A program made the translations under genes and the position numbers. A DNA stretch of 64,000 nt from Deltaproteobacteria bacterium (lineage in GTDB: Bacteria; Desulfobacterota; DSM-4660; Desulfatiglandales; HGW-15), in NCBI GenBank assembly GCA_019307745.1, contig JAFDJA010000006.1, positions 701 to 64,700 on the forward strand, in the 5' to 3' direction. Positions 63,664-64,000 of the stretch are shown here, piece after piece. A model generated the notes under the pieces. That model did not search any database. It saw nothing but the letters and a program-made list of their open reading frames with translations, and was not told the DNA's origin. Every line of letters begins with the position of its first letter. Position 1 is the stretch's first letter.

Positions 63664-64000
63664 TCAAATTTCCCGACGATCCGCCATATCCACAAAGATC
63701 CTCTCCCTGGCCTTGTCTATGCCCAGCTGAGATCTTTTTTTATCAATATGGGCAATCATCATTCTGGCCATTTCAAGGGGATCAGGGGTAAATCCCCATT
63801 TGCCAAGCCCCTGCTTTTCAAAACCATCAAAGAGCAGGTCATGAAATTTTGTATTCTCCACAATGGGAAAAGTAACGCCAAATACAGTGAACACACCAGA
63901 AGCCACAAAGTACTGGCCAATGGCTAGTGCCTTTTCACTCATCCACTCAGGTGCTGCCCCTGCCACGGGAAGGTCTGCAAGACAATCTCCCAGTCCTCCC
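63664..64000 (-). CDS. cooS: Anaerobic carbon-monoxide dehydrogenase catalytic subunit CooS, C-terminal part (5' end outside the window)
   Basis: ...LPVAGAAPEWMSEKALAIGQYFVASGVFTVFG...DPLEMARMMIAHIDKKRSQLGI matches the conserved CooS C-terminus. The frame is open to the window edge. Confidence 0.75.
   Translation of the reverse strand, partial: GGLGDCLADLPVAGAAPEWMSEKALAIGQYFVASGVFTVFGVTFPIVENTKFHDLLFDGFEKQGLGKWGFTPDPLEMARMMIAHIDKKRSQLGIDKARERIFVDMADRREI

Noticed and set aside
1-64000. CRISPR arrays, rRNA genes, intact insertion sequences or integrases
   Set aside because: I looked for regularly spaced short direct repeats, rRNA-like conserved blocks, and full-length transposase or recombinase ORFs. 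None was found. The only repeats seen are the 3 x 56-bp array, the 33-bp islet repeat and the promoter/leader paralogues.

Overview
This 64-kb segment looks like chromosome from a sulfate-reducing Desulfobacterota (Desulfobacterales-like) organism. That assignment is an inference from gene content: a complete dsrMKJOP cluster, a tetraheme cytochrome c3, rubredoxin/ROO and CooS.

Layout:
- 1-11.4 kb: a catabolic/uptake island, all minus-strand apart from a plus-strand M24 gene at the window edge. It holds two M24 creatinase/prolidase-like genes, a TRAP transporter, an ABC transporter and a hydantoin-racemase-like gene. A decayed ISL3 transposase fragment and tsaA follow it.
- 13-17.3 kb: a sigma-54 phosphorelay operon (REC-PAS-HK, an NtrC-type EBP, and a REC-Cys4-REC protein with its own sigma-54 promoter). 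A 3 x 56-bp tandem repeat follows it.
- 18.2-26 kb: an NO / thiol / Fe-S stress island (Rrf2 regulator plus qNOR, an AhpF-like reductase, YceI, NifU, NifS, thioredoxin).
- 26.6-32.4 kb: an FHA/MBL pair, a structured non-coding stretch, a sigma-54-driven PEP-CTERM protein, a methyltransferase and an arylsulfotransferase-like protein.
- 32.4-37.1 kb: a decayed mobile-element-like accessory block (excisionase-like gene, XRE regulator, small membrane proteins, SprT/DUF2786 protein). No integrase is present.
- 37.5-45.4 kb: cytochrome c3, ferredoxin, dsrMKJOP with an upstream RsbRD_N-like gene, and a flavin reductase.
- 45.6-47.8 kb: a pseudo-tRNA, tRNA-Asn(GTT), and a ~2-kb islet bounded by a perfect 33-bp direct repeat.
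- 48-52.4 kb: a dockerin-tailed metallophosphoesterase and a hemerythrin/DUF438/PAS protein.
- 52.6-64 kb: a long minus-strand redox / O2-defence array (RACo-like protein, ISF-ArsC fusion, zwf, ferritin-like protein, FAD oxidoreductase, ferredoxin, ROO, PAS kinase, rubredoxin, 3' end of cooS).

The best candidate for something undescribed is the tRNA-Asn islet. It carries a two-gene operon: a wHTH-like protein and a helical protein with a C-terminal R-x5-H (HEPN-like) motif. I cannot assign either protein to a named family.

All functional calls rest on motif and family recognition by eye from the translated ORFs. No database search was run.
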